A DNA stretch of 64,000 nt from an uncultured Bifidobacterium sp. (lineage in GTDB: Bacteria > Bacteroidota > Bacteroidia > UKL13-3). The notes under the pieces were generated by a model. That model ran no database searches and was not told the origin of the DNA. It saw only the letters and a program-made list of their open reading frames with translations. Made by a program: the position numbers and the translations under genes. The stretch spans positions 127,933-191,932 of the forward strand of contig CAZGVO010000010.1 of NCBI GenBank assembly GCA_964529175.1, in the 5' to 3' direction. Positions 54,240 through 64,000 of this stretch are shown here, one piece after another (the first letter of the stretch is position 1; every line of letters starts with the position of its first letter).

Positions 54240-55580
54240 ATGAACATTCACTTTATTTCTATTGGCGGAGCTGTAATGCATAATATGGCCATTGCTTTGC
54301 ATAAAAAAGGGTATAAAATTACAGGTAGCGATGACGAAATTTACGAACCTGCAAAATCAAGACTGGAAAAATATGGCTTATTACCAACCAAAATGGGTTG
54401 GGATGTAAATAATATTAATCCCAATTTAGATGCCATCATTTTAGGAATGCACGCCCGAAAGGATAATCCTGAAATGCTCAAAGCTTTGGAATTAGGTTTA
54501 AAAATATATTCTTTTCCTGAATATATGTATGAGCAAACTAAAGATAAATTGCGCATAATAGTAGGTGGAAGTCATGGTAAAACTACCACCACCGCCATGA
54601 TTCTACATGTGTTAAACCATTGTAATATTGAGTTTGATTATTTGGTAGGAAGTATTTTAGAGGGTTTTGAAACCATGGTTGGTTTAAGTAATACTTCTAA
54701 AATTGCTGTATTTGAAGGAGATGAATATTTAACTTCGGCTTTGGATTTACGACCTAAATTTCATGTTTATAAAGCTGATATTGGTATAATAACAGGTATT
54801 GCTTGGGATCATATCAATGTGTTTCCAACTTTCGAAAATTATGTTGATCAATTTAAAATATTTGTAGAAGCATTGCCCGAAAATGGAAGCATTATTTACA
54901 GTCAAAACGATTTAGAAGTTGAAAAATTAATTCAATCTACCAATATCAAGGCTGAAAAAATTCCTTATGTAACGCCAACTTTTGAGGTAAAAGATGGTGT
55001 GGTTTACATTAAACCAAACCAAACAGAAGTGGCTTTAAAGTTTTTTGGAACCCACAATTTACAAAATATGATAGCGGCCAAACACGCTTGTAAAGCGGCT
55101 GGAGTAAGTGAAGAACAATTTTACGAAGCTATTCAATCGTTTAAAGGAACAGCTAAAAGGCTTGAAACTTTATATGAAAGTGGCAATTCGTTAATTATTA
55201 GAGATTTTGCCCATGCGCCATCCAAATTAAAAGCTACGGTAAATGCCGTACGCGAGTTAAATCCTGAGCGAAAACTTATAGCTGTTTATGAATTACATAC
55301 TTTTAGCAGTTTAAATAAAGATTTTTTACCTCAATATCATAATAGCATGCAAGCTGCAGATGTAAAGGCTGTTTTGTTTAGCAAACATGCTTTGGAAATG
55401 AAAAAAATGCCAATGCTTAACGAGGCCGAAGTGGCAGCAGGTTTTGGTAACGATGTAAAAGTATTTACCGATAAAATTGAACTAAGTAAATTTATTAAAA
55501 GTAATTATACTCAAAACGAAAATTTGTTGTTAATGAGTAGTGGTACTTTTGATGGAATGGACTTAAACTTTAATCAATAA
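54240..55580 (+). CDS. mpl: UDP-N-acetylmuramate:L-alanyl-gamma-D-glutamyl-meso-diaminopimelate ligase (Mur ligase family)
   Basis: IHFISIGGAVMHNMA...GYKITGSD N-domain and GGSHGKTTTTAM P-loop. Confidence 0.8.
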   Translation: MNIHFISIGGAVMHNMAIALHKKGYKITGSDDEIYEPAKSRLEKYGLLPTKMGWDVNNINPNLDAIILGMHARKDNPEMLKALELGLKIYSFPEYMYEQTKDKLRIIVGGSHGKTTTTAMILHVLNHCNIEFDYLVGSILEGFETMVGLSNTSKIAVFEGDEYLTSALDLRPKFHVYKADIGIITGIAWDHINVFPTFENYVDQFKIFVEALPENGSIIYSQNDLEVEKLIQSTNIKAEKIPYVTPTFEVKDGVVYIKPNQTEVALKFFGTHNLQNMIAAKHACKAAGVSEEQFYEAIQSFKGTAKRLETLYESGNSLIIRDFAHAPSKLKATVNAVRELNPERKLIAVYELHTFSSLNKDFLPQYHNSMQAADVKAVLFSKHALEMKKMPMLNEAEVAAGFGNDVKVFTDKIELSKFIKSNYTQNENLLLMSSGTFDGMDLNFNQ

Positions 55581-55607
55581 TTTTTAACATTTTACGTTAT
55601 AAAATAC

Positions 55608-56453
55608 ATGAATTTTAAAGCAATAGTGTTTTGTAGTGGCATATTAGTAGCTCACAATTTTGTTGCAAAGGCTCAGCAAAATCCAATTAATAATGTTTGT
55701 AATTCTATTGAGCAAAATGTGCCCACACCATGGGGGCCTTTGCGCGAAGGGGATGTTAATTTTAGCAAACGTGTGGTTAGAATCATTGATTTGCGCGAAA
55801 AACAAAATCAAGTTTTGATGTATCCTAAAAATGCTTTACCTGTATTGCTTTACGATGCCATTAAAACCAGAAAATTAGTTCCCTTTAAAAACGATAGTTG
55901 TACCAGTGTTTATTCTCCTGAAAAAGTATTATCATTTGGAACAGATACGCAGTATGTTGAAAATCCTGATATAAACAACCCAGATAATGTAAAAACGGAT
56001 ACCATTATAACACCCTTTGACCCTCTGCGCCAAATATATAAACTGCGCATAGTTGAAGATTGGTATTACGATAAAAAACACAGCTCTTTTTCTATTAGAA
56101 TACTGAGCATAGCTCCAGTTTATAAAATGAAAATTGCAGGTGTTGATTTAGGCGATCAAGACTTATGCGTGTTTAGGTATTATTATAACAATGTGGCAAA
56201 AACTAAAGATGTTAGAAATTTATTGGCTAAAAAATGTATTTTTAATAGACAAAATGATGCTGCCCTAATGAGCTTTGATGCATTTTTTGAAGGTCGTTAT
56301 TTTTCAAGTTATGTAATTAAAGTTAGCAATCAATTTGATTTTTATATAAAAGACCAAGCCGAATACCGCGATAATGGGGTAGGAGCAATATTAGAAAATC
56401 AATTGTTACAAGATGAACTGATGAAAAGAGAGCACGATGAATACGATAACTAA
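55608..56453 (+). CDS. GldN/PorN family protein (stand-alone paralog)
   Basis: REGDVNFSKRVVRIIDLREKQN..LMYP, VEDWYYDKKHSSFSIRILSIAP and the F..R.FSSYVIK pattern match the GldN layout. No gldK/L/M is adjacent. Confidence 0.6.
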   Translation: MNFKAIVFCSGILVAHNFVAKAQQNPINNVCNSIEQNVPTPWGPLREGDVNFSKRVVRIIDLREKQNQVLMYPKNALPVLLYDAIKTRKLVPFKNDSCTSVYSPEKVLSFGTDTQYVENPDINNPDNVKTDTIITPFDPLRQIYKLRIVEDWYYDKKHSSFSIRILSIAPVYKMKIAGVDLGDQDLCVFRYYYNNVAKTKDVRNLLAKKCIFNRQNDAALMSFDAFFEGRYFSSYVIKVSNQFDFYIKDQAEYRDNGVGAILENQLLQDELMKREHDEYDN

Positions 56454-56460
56454 CAATAAA

Positions 56461-56497
56461 AAAGCCCAACTTTAAATTTAAAGTTGGGCTTTTTTAT
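56461..56497. terminator. Bidirectional terminator between the gldN-like and DUF1573 genes
   Basis: 14-bp perfect stem aaagcccaacttta/taaagttgggcttt, with an A-run before and a T-run after. Confidence 0.85.
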
Positions 56498-56511
56498 TGT
56501 ATTATTTTAAA

Positions 56512-56955
56512 TTATTGCTTTGGAGCTTCAGCTGGTTTTACTTCACCTTTTAAGTATAATACTACTTGCGATTTTTTACCGTTGCTCATTACTGTAACTG
56601 TTTTGTTAAAAGTTCCAGGCGATGCAGCATTGTAAGTAGCTTTTACATAACCTTTTTGACCTGGTTTAATTGGCTCTTTTGTCCACTCAGGTGTTGTACA
56701 TCCGCAACCAGCGGCAGCGTTTGTAATAATTAATGGCTCTTTACCAGTATTTTTAAATACATAAGTGTAAGTAGCTGGTACACCTTGAGGAATAGTTCCA
56801 AAATCGTGAGTTTCTTTTTCAAAAGTAATATCAGCTTGATTTGGATTTTCTTGAGTTGCAGGAGCTACTGCAGGAGTTGTAGTTGTTTGTGCAATTGCAT
56901 TTGCACTCATAAAAGTAGCTACAGCTACTAAAGCGGTAATAATTAACTTTTTCAT
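56512..56955 (-). CDS. DUF1573 domain-containing protein
   Basis: F....HDFG.I.QG......F.F.NTG..PL.I....A.CGCT.P.W.K.P..PG. Confidence 0.85.
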   Translation of the reverse strand: MKKLIITALVAVATFMSANAIAQTTTTPAVAPATQENPNQADITFEKETHDFGTIPQGVPATYTYVFKNTGKEPLIITNAAAGCGCTTPEWTKEPIKPGQKGYVKATYNAASPGTFNKTVTVMSNGKKSQVVLYLKGEVKPAEAPKQ

Positions 56956-57104
56956 TGTATTGATATATTTTTATTTAATTTGATTAGTGTGTTACAAATG
57001 TTGTACCAAAAAAATTACAATTTCAAATGTAATGGTTTTTAAAATAACTATCTCCAAAAAAAATCTTAAAGAAAATATTTATTTAAATTTTTACAATAAA
57101 ATTA

Positions 57105-58349
57105 TCAGTTCTTAGCCAATTTTCCTTTAATTACCAACAACATTGCAGCCGACAATAATAAAAAAAATGCCATTGCGGCATAAGCATAAACAATATTATT
57201 TTGGAATGAAAAGAAAGATTGTGAGAAGACAAATATAAAAACACTTCGAGTAAAAACATTTATTAAATTAAAAATACTGCCAACACGCCCCATTAAAGTA
57301 TTAGGAATGTGCTTAAACATGTATGTTAACCTTAAAACCCTTATACCTGCATTACAAAATCCTAAAATTAGGCTAACTAAATAAATAACTAAAATACTCT
57401 TACTAACTGAAGCCGCAAAAAAAATAGAAGAAACTACAACCGTTAAAGCTATAATTACCTGAATAATTGATTTATTTTGAAATAATTTATTAATAAAAAA
57501 TCCTGCACTTAATGCACCTACAGCATAAATGGTATCTGCTAAAGCAAATACATTTCCTTTAGCATTTAAATGTTGTTTTATATAAATAGGCAATACCGCG
57601 TGAATTTGTACTAAAAGCATGGCAAAAACCATGTAACTGCAAATACCAAAAATTAAAATTGATTGGTTTTGTTTCAAATAATTAAATCCATTTTTTAAGC
57701 GTTTTCCTATACTTTCATTAATATCTCCAACTGTTTTGGTTTGTGTGTATGGAATAAAATAAATTAAAACAGCTGCTATAAAATAGGTAATTGCATCCAT
57801 CATAAACACATCATGAATTTGCCAAGCGTTTATTTTTAGGTTTAAATTACCAATTGAAAAATCAGTTCCATCAAGTAAAATAGCAGCAAATCCACCAGAA
57901 AGTATGGAGGTTGATTGACCTACTATTTCAATATTTGAATTGACAGATTTGTATTGTTCAGGTTTTGAAATTTCTTGGCCAAATGCATATAAAGTGGGGT
58001 AATGTATATTGTAATTTAGCATAGTAATAGCAAAAACGCTTATAACTAAAAATGCTGGTAATGAATTATTTATATAGCCATAACTTGCAATGGCAAACAG
58101 TAAAAAACCACATACCAATGAAGTGTATAAAAAATTATTTTTACGACTAAATTTATCAACCAATGTGCCCGCGTAAAGTCCAAAAAACATAACTATAAAA
58201 GTTAATAAGGCATAAGAGTAGTTAAAAATCTGCGAGTTATTTGTTTTGGCAAAATACCAAGGAATGGAAAGCATGCTAACTCCTTGTGCAAATCCACTTA
58301 TTCCGTTTGCTAAGAATAAAAGTTGGATTGATTTTTTGTTATTTTGCAT
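57105..58349 (-). CDS. MFS transporter
   Basis: 414 aa, about 12 TM helices. Confidence 0.8.
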   Translation of the reverse strand: MQNNKKSIQLLFLANGISGFAQGVSMLSIPWYFAKTNNSQIFNYSYALLTFIVMFFGLYAGTLVDKFSRKNNFLYTSLVCGFLLFAIASYGYINNSLPAFLVISVFAITMLNYNIHYPTLYAFGQEISKPEQYKSVNSNIEIVGQSTSILSGGFAAILLDGTDFSIGNLNLKINAWQIHDVFMMDAITYFIAAVLIYFIPYTQTKTVGDINESIGKRLKNGFNYLKQNQSILIFGICSYMVFAMLLVQIHAVLPIYIKQHLNAKGNVFALADTIYAVGALSAGFFINKLFQNKSIIQVIIALTVVVSSIFFAASVSKSILVIYLVSLILGFCNAGIRVLRLTYMFKHIPNTLMGRVGSIFNLINVFTRSVFIFVFSQSFFSFQNNIVYAYAAMAFFLLLSAAMLLVIKGKLAKN

Positions 58350-58389
58350 GGTTCAAAACTAATAATTGCAATTGGTTATTTTTAGTTAA

Positions 58390-58905
58390 TTGTATCATAT
58401 TTTTGTCCATTCATTTAAACATTCTCATTTGAAAAAAGAAATAAAACTTACTCCGCAACAAGCACTGCTAAAATTGGCTAATTACTGCGCCTACCAAGAA
58501 AGATGTCATCTTGAGGTAGCTAATAAATTAGCTGAGTATGGAGTTTATTACGATGATGCAGAGCAAGTTATAGCTGAGTTAATAGTTCAAAATTACTTGA
58601 ATGAAGAACGTTTTGCTAAAGCTTTTGCTGGAGGAAAATTCAGGGTAAAAAAATGGGGACGAAATAAAATTAAACAAGAACTTAAGCTAAAAAAAATTTC
58701 GGAATATTGTATAAAACAAGGATTGAAAGAGATTGATAATGAGCAATATATGGAGGTATTGGAAAAAGAAGCTGTTCAGAAATATAAAGCAGTAAAAGAC
58801 AAGAATTTTTTAGTAAAAGCCAATAGAACTGCGCAATATTTAGTAAGCAGAGGTTTTGAAACTGATTTAGTTTGGGATATAGTTAAGCAATTAAACCCTA
58901 AATAA
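58390..58905 (+). CDS. recX: Regulatory protein RecX
   Basis: YCAYQERCHLEV..KL and NEERFAKAFAGGKFRVKKWGRNKI motifs. The start is uncertain (TTG at 58390 or TTG at 58429). Confidence 0.8.
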   Translation: MYHIFVHSFKHSHLKKEIKLTPQQALLKLANYCAYQERCHLEVANKLAEYGVYYDDAEQVIAELIVQNYLNEERFAKAFAGGKFRVKKWGRNKIKQELKLKKISEYCIKQGLKEIDNEQYMEVLEKEAVQKYKAVKDKNFLVKANRTAQYLVSRGFETDLVWDIVKQLNPK

Positions 58906-60148
58906 CATTTTCTAGTTCTTTGGGATTATGCTTGTGCTTGAAAAGAACAGTAAAACTAATGGCAATAATAGCTGCATAAATTGCAAATGAAATCCAAATA
59001 GAATGCCAGTCTTTAGTTCCATTAACTGTAAAATATTTATCAATTAAATAACCACTTACAGAACTTCCTAAAATTGCTCCAAAACCATTGGTCATCATCA
59101 TAAATAAGCCTTGCGCACTTGAACGTATAGTTGAATCGGTTGAAGTTTCAATGAACAATGAACCTGAAATATTGAAAAAATCGAATGCCATACCGTAAAC
59201 AATACATGATAATATTATCATCCATAATCCTCCAGAAGGATCGCCAAAGGCGAACAAACCAAAACGTAATACCCAAGCTAACATTGATATAAGCATAACT
59301 TGTTTAATACCAAATCGTTTTAAAAAGAAAGGAATAGCTAAAATGAATAGTGTTTCTGATATTTGAGAAATGGACATAATGATAGTAGAATATTTCACAA
59401 CAAAAGAATCGCTGTATTCTGGGATATTCGAAAAATCGGATAAAAAAGTATCTCCATACATATTGGTTAATTGTAGAGCAGCACCTAAAAACATGGAGAA
59501 AACTAAGAATAGCGCAATTTTGTATGTTCCAAAAAGTTTAAATGAGTCTAATCCTAATTTTTGAGCTAAACTTGAATTACTTGATATTAGGTTTTTAGGT
59601 GGACATTTTGGTAAAGTAAATGAATAAATACCTAACCCAATAGCAGCAATTGCAGCTATGTAAAACATATTTGCCGAAGCTTTATTACCAGAAATATTGG
59701 TAATCCACATAGCTATAATAAAACCAATCGTTCCCCATACTCTAATTGGGGGGAACACTTTTACAACATCAAATTTATTATTTTTTAAAATTGCATAAGC
59801 TATAGAGTTGGATAATGAAATGGTAGGCATATAGCATAACATGGCTGCAAAAATTATCCAGAAAAAAGAAGAAGGGGTTTCTACTTGGGGAATATAACAC
59901 AATGCCAATCCTCCTAAAATATGCAAAATACCATATAGTCTTTCAGCATTGATAAATTTATCGGCTATAATTCCTGTTAGCGCAGGCATTAATATTGATG
60001 ATAAGCCTAATGTAGAAAAAATGGCACCAAATTCAGAACCGCTCCATTGTTTGGTAGCAAACCAATAATTTCCAACGGTAATTAACCATGCTCCCCAAAC
60101 AAAAAATTGGAGAAAACTCATTAGTGTAAGACGGTATTTGATGCTCAT
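58898..60148 (-). CDS. nupG: Nucleoside permease (NupG/Nuc_H_symport MFS)
   Basis: N-terminal RLTLMSFLQFFVWGAWLIT signature, 12 TM helices. Confidence 0.8.
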   Translation of the reverse strand: MSIKYRLTLMSFLQFFVWGAWLITVGNYWFATKQWSGSEFGAIFSTLGLSSILMPALTGIIADKFINAERLYGILHILGGLALCYIPQVETPSSFFWIIFAAMLCYMPTISLSNSIAYAILKNNKFDVVKVFPPIRVWGTIGFIIAMWITNISGNKASANMFYIAAIAAIGLGIYSFTLPKCPPKNLISSNSSLAQKLGLDSFKLFGTYKIALFLVFSMFLGAALQLTNMYGDTFLSDFSNIPEYSDSFVVKYSTIIMSISQISETLFILAIPFFLKRFGIKQVMLISMLAWVLRFGLFAFGDPSGGLWMIILSCIVYGMAFDFFNISGSLFIETSTDSTIRSSAQGLFMMMTNGFGAILGSSVSGYLIDKYFTVNGTKDWHSIWISFAIYAAIIAISFTVLFKHKHNPKELENVI

Positions 60149-60191
60149 AAAAGTTTTGTAACTGTATAATCTATATTTAACTGATGTTTTA

Positions 60192-60794
60192 TTATTTATT
60201 TTTTCTTAAGTCAATTTCATCTCTTATTTTTGCTGCTAAAGCATAATCTTCAACAGCTAAAGCTTCATTTAATAATTGATTTAAGTTTTCTAGAGGCAAT
60301 TTACTTAAATCATTATTGCTTCCAACTGTTTTTACATTTATTTTTTGTTCTACTATATCGTCATCAAAAATATTTTCTTCTTCAGCAGCATCAATAATAA
60401 TTCCCGCTTCTTCAATAATATCTTCAAAAGTATAAATTGGACATTTAAAACGTACAGCTAAAGCAATACTATCACTAGTTCTTGCTTCAATTTCTTTTAA
60501 AATACCTAAATGTTCACAAATTAGTTTAGCATGAAACACCCCTTCATGCAAATTATAAATTTGTACTTCAACTAATTCTATCCCAAACTCCTTAAAAAAG
60601 CTCAAAAATAAATCGTGTGTCATTGGCCTGAAAGGTACAATTTTCTCAATTTCTATAGCTATAGCCTGAGCTTCAAAACTACCAATAACAATGGGTAAAC
60701 GCTTGTTTCCTTTGGCTTCACCTAAGATTAAAGTGTAACTTCCACTTGTTTGTCCGCTACTTAATCCTAGTACATTTAACTTTATTTTATCCAT
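60192..60794 (-). CDS. Bifunctional nuclease family protein (DUF151) with C-terminal UVR motif
   Basis: LPIVIGSFEAQAIA..., RPMTHDL and ARTSDSIALAVRF are DUF151-like. The C-terminal EDYALAAKIRDEI is a UvrB/C-type motif. Confidence 0.75.
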   Translation of the reverse strand: MDKIKLNVLGLSSGQTSGSYTLILGEAKGNKRLPIVIGSFEAQAIAIEIEKIVPFRPMTHDLFLSFFKEFGIELVEVQIYNLHEGVFHAKLICEHLGILKEIEARTSDSIALAVRFKCPIYTFEDIIEEAGIIIDAAEEENIFDDDIVEQKINVKTVGSNNDLSKLPLENLNQLLNEALAVEDYALAAKIRDEIDLRKNK

Positions 60795-60947
60795 AAAATT
60801 TGTAATAAATACAAAAAACGAAATAATTAAATTTAATGCTTAATGTACCAACAACTTATCAATACTATTTTTGGATAAGTTTAAATTAACAAATAAAATG
60901 ATTCAATATTATTTATTGAACTTATTTTTTTGTAAAATCGCACCAAT

Positions 60948-61523
60948 ATGGAAATTAGTAGCGAAGAATATTTTGCTTATTTAAAAACTAGAAGCAAAAT
61001 AGCTGATATTTATAGAAAATATGTTATGTACCCTGCGGTAAATAGAACACTTAAGGGAAAAGTACTAGATGTTGGTTGTGGAATTGGTGATTTTTTGGCT
61101 TTTAGGGGCGTAAATACTGTGGGAATAGATATTAACCCATTAAATGTAAATTATTGCAAAAGTAATGGACAAGAGGCCTACTTAATTGAAGGAAATACTT
61201 ACCCTTTTACAGAACAAAGTTTTGATAGTGTAATTTTGGATAATGTGTTAGAGCATTTAGTTGAACCAGAATTTACAATTAATGAAATATCTCGTGTACT
61301 TAAATCTAATGGAGTTTTAGTAATTGGGGTTCCGGGATTAAAGGGTTATACTATGGATAGCGACCATAAAAAATTTTATGATGAGGTTGAAATGAATAAA
61401 TTGTTAGTTAAAAATAATTACACCAATATTGGATTTAAATACATGCCTTGTTTTATTAAATCCAATTTTTTAAGTAAATCCATATCTCAATATGTTATTT
61501 ATGGTATTTACAAAAAGAACTAA
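60948..61523 (+). CDS. Class I SAM-dependent methyltransferase
   Basis: Motif I VLDVGCGIGDF plus LDNVLEHL. Confidence 0.75.
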   Translation: MEISSEEYFAYLKTRSKIADIYRKYVMYPAVNRTLKGKVLDVGCGIGDFLAFRGVNTVGIDINPLNVNYCKSNGQEAYLIEGNTYPFTEQSFDSVILDNVLEHLVEPEFTINEISRVLKSNGVLVIGVPGLKGYTMDSDHKKFYDEVEMNKLLVKNNYTNIGFKYMPCFIKSNFLSKSISQYVIYGIYKKN

Positions 61524-61553
61524 ACTATTGTATTAATAATAATTTCTAGTTAA

Positions 61554-63995
61554 ATGTATTTAAAAATAAAAAGTATTTGTGTTCTAGTGTTAATTGTGTT
61601 TGTTATTAATATAAATACAATTTATGCTCAAACCCAACAGCCGCTTAGCCTTCAAAATATTTCAACTATTAAAATAGATGAAGTAAACAATGATCAAATA
61701 GCTGAATTTTGGACAAAAGTTCAAGAAAGTGGATTGTCAATAGCACAACTTGAAATTGAAGCTAAACGCAGAAATATGCCTGCTGAGGAATTTGCTAAAT
61801 TGAAAGAACGTATCAATAACTTACAGACAAAAACCACCGAAAAATCAAATCAAAATACTGATAGAACTAACGAAAATAACTTTAGTAAAAAAGAAAATGA
61901 GCAGTTAGGTTCCGCTAAAAGCAAAGTTTTTGGTTCTGAATTATTCAATAATAAAAACCTAACCTTTGAACCCAATTTAAAAATTGCCACACCACAAAAC
62001 TATCAGCTTGGTCCTGATGATGAGTTGATAATCGATATTTACGGGTATTCAGAAGAAGGTTTTAAACTAAAAGTTAGCCCTGATGGAAATATTCGTATTC
62101 CCTTGGTTGGAATTGTTCAAGTTTCAGGTTTAACCATAGAGCAAGCAAAAACTAGAATAATTGCGGCTCTTTCAAATGTATATGATAGAATAAATACTGG
62201 TGAAACTAAAGTAAACATCACTTTGGGCAATATTAGAAGTATAAAAGTTTTGATAGTAGGTGAAGCAAATTTACCTGGAACATATACTTTACCATCTTTA
62301 GCCACAGTTTTTAATGCACTTTATGTTTCTGGCGGACCGAATAATAATGGTTCAATGCGTAACATAAAAGTTGTAAGAAATAATAAAGTGGTAGCCACTC
62401 TTGATATTTATGATTTTATGCTAAAAGCAGAAGCAAAGGGTAATATCAGGCTTCAAGATCAAGATATTATAAAAATTAGTCCTTATGAAAATAAGGTGGA
62501 AGTCAAGGGTGAAGTAAAACGAGAAGGTTTTTTTGAAGTGACTAAAAATGAGACGTTGAAAGACTTACTAAATTTTGCTGGAGGATTTACCAATGATGCC
62601 TTTAAAGAACGTATTAAAGTTGTTAGAAATACAAGTAAAGAAAAAAGTGTGGCTGATATTGAGCAAGGGATTTTTTCAATGTTCATTCCCAAAAGTGGAG
62701 ATAGTTATACTGTAGATAAACTCTTAGAGCGATACGAAAATAGAGTTCAAATTAAGGGCGCAATTTTCAGACCAGGAATTTATGCTTTAGAAAATGGTTT
62801 AACTGTTTTAAAACTAATCAATAAAGCAGAAGGATTAAAGGAAGATGCTTTTTTAACTCGAGCAATAATTTATAGGTTAAATGATGATAATAGTTTAAGT
62901 ATGCTTTCTTTAAATTTAGAAGATGTAAAAGCTGGGAAAGCAAGTGATATTGAGTTAAAGCGTGAAGATATGATACAAATTGCTTCAAAACTAGATTTAA
63001 AAGAAAACTATAATGTTACTATTAACGGTCAAGTTATTAAGCCTGGTGTTTTTCCTTTTGCACAAAATATGAAGATAGAAGATTTGATTATAGCAGCAGG
63101 TGGTTTAAAAGAAGATGCAGCTATTAATAGGGTAGAGGTTTCAAGACGCAAATTTGATATTGATAAAACAAAAAACAACTCTGAGATTGCAATTGTTAAG
63201 CAATTTGAGCTAAATAAAGATTTGAAGAATAATGCTGATTTAAACTTTAACTTAGAACCCTTTGATATTGTTACCATATTTAGGTTACCAGGCTATGAAC
63301 CACAAAAAAATGTAGTAATTGAAGGGGAAGTTTTATATCCTGGTAGTTATAGTATAGAAAAGAATAATGAAAAAATTTCAGATTTGTTTAAAAGATGCGG
63401 AGGTATTACAGCTAGTGGGAGTGCGAATGGTACTATTTTATTGAGAAAAAAAATACAAAGTGAAACAGAAAATTATATAAAACTGAATAAAATTAAAGCA
63501 TTTAAACGTCAATCCAAAGATACGGCTGATGTGCAAGATAAAATTGAAGAAGAGCAAGACGAAATGTACGATATAGTTGGAATCGATATTAACACAATTT
63601 TGAAAAAACCAGGCTCAAAAGCTGATTTATTGCTAAGAGATGGAGATGTTATTAAAGTACCATCCGAACGTCAAACAGTTTTAGTTTCTGGTGAAGTACT
63701 ATACCCAGCAAGAGTAAACGTAAACAATGCAAGTGGATTAAAAGGTTTTGTGCAAAATGCGGGTGGATTTAGTTCTAAGGCATTAAGACGTAAGGCTTAC
63801 GTGGTTTATGCTAATGGAACAGTAAAGGCAACTAAAAATTTCCTGTTTGTTAAATTCTATCCTAAAATTAAACCAGGTTGTGAAATTGTTATTCCTAAAA
63901 AAGATGTAAAAAAACCGGTAAGTTTGGTTGAAATTACCACCGTGGCAACTAGTTTAACTACTTTGGTATTTTTAATTATTACTATTTCAAAATAA
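61554..63995 (+). CDS. Polysaccharide biosynthesis/export protein (Wza-like, multiple SLBB domains)
   Basis: Signal peptide, Poly_export motif YQLGPDDELIIDIYG, several repeats of G.V..PG.Y......L.DLI..AGG, C-terminal TM helix. Confidence 0.8.
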   Translation: MYLKIKSICVLVLIVFVININTIYAQTQQPLSLQNISTIKIDEVNNDQIAEFWTKVQESGLSIAQLEIEAKRRNMPAEEFAKLKERINNLQTKTTEKSNQNTDRTNENNFSKKENEQLGSAKSKVFGSELFNNKNLTFEPNLKIATPQNYQLGPDDELIIDIYGYSEEGFKLKVSPDGNIRIPLVGIVQVSGLTIEQAKTRIIAALSNVYDRINTGETKVNITLGNIRSIKVLIVGEANLPGTYTLPSLATVFNALYVSGGPNNNGSMRNIKVVRNNKVVATLDIYDFMLKAEAKGNIRLQDQDIIKISPYENKVEVKGEVKREGFFEVTKNETLKDLLNFAGGFTNDAFKERIKVVRNTSKEKSVADIEQGIFSMFIPKSGDSYTVDKLLERYENRVQIKGAIFRPGIYALENGLTVLKLINKAEGLKEDAFLTRAIIYRLNDDNSLSMLSLNLEDVKAGKASDIELKREDMIQIASKLDLKENYNVTINGQVIKPGVFPFAQNMKIEDLIIAAGGLKEDAAINRVEVSRRKFDIDKTKNNSEIAIVKQFELNKDLKNNADLNFNLEPFDIVTIFRLPGYEPQKNVVIEGEVLYPGSYSIEKNNEKISDLFKRCGGITASGSANGTILLRKKIQSETENYIKLNKIKAFKRQSKDTADVQDKIEEEQDEMYDIVGIDINTILKKPGSKADLLLRDGDVIKVPSERQTVLVSGEVLYPARVNVNNASGLKGFVQNAGGFSSKALRRKAYVVYANGTVKATKNFLFVKFYPKIKPGCEIVIPKKDVKKPVSLVEITTVATSLTTLVFLIITISK

Positions 63996-64000
63996 GTAAG

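Noticed and set aside
1-64000. Search for rRNA, tRNA, tmRNA, RNase P, riboswitches, CRISPR arrays, transposases and integrases.
   Set aside because: All intergenic regions are short or AT-rich without cloverleaf-like or conserved structured segments. There are no direct repeats with spacers and no recombinase-like ORFs. This was checked by eye only, so a small ncRNA could have been missed.

Overview
The window is a low-GC (roughly one-third G+C by eye), densely packed chromosomal segment. Gene content points to Bacteroidota, probably Flavobacteriia-like: a GldN-family protein, DUF1573, DUF349, an ExbB-ExbD-ExbD-TonB cluster, CarboxypepD_reg proteins and TTG/GTG starts without Shine-Dalgarno sequences. 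I support about 61 CDS, mostly core housekeeping genes (kdsA, uvrA, dnaE, trxA, ispE, gatC, pyrE, glmM, ychF, rfbC, ung, recX, mpl). I recognised no rRNA, tRNA, CRISPR array, transposase or integrase.

Observations worth a second look, most interesting first:
1. 44757-49410: a tightly coupled three-gene membrane glycosylation module. It combines a GT2 polyprenyl-phosphate-type glycosyltransferase, a SAM methyltransferase, and a 978-aa fusion of a degenerate GT-A domain, a GT-C core and a TPR domain (TMTC-like architecture).
2. 30466-33390: a 451-aa Asn/Tyr/Gly/Trp/Pro-rich prion-like lipoprotein directly upstream of a FadL-like beta-barrel.
3. 15851-17439: a two-gene orphan islet on the opposite strand between uvrA and dnaE, bordered by a GC-rich hairpin and 335 bp of gene-less DNA.
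4. 22539-23449: a RES/Xre NAD-targeting toxin-antitoxin pair wedged between DUF58 and ispE.
5. 27397-30185: a ComA phosphosulfolactate synthase next to an acyl-CoA ligase.
6. 51135-52184: an orphan class III PhaC with an intact catalytic triad and no PhaE, followed at 52206-52560 by an intergenic cluster of GC-rich hairpin repeats.
7. 5860-6012: two distinct tandem micro-repeat arrays (about 13 x 8 bp and 3 x 14 bp) in the leader of a YdeP/FdhF-like oxidoreductase.

All functional calls come from motif recognition by eye. No database search was run.
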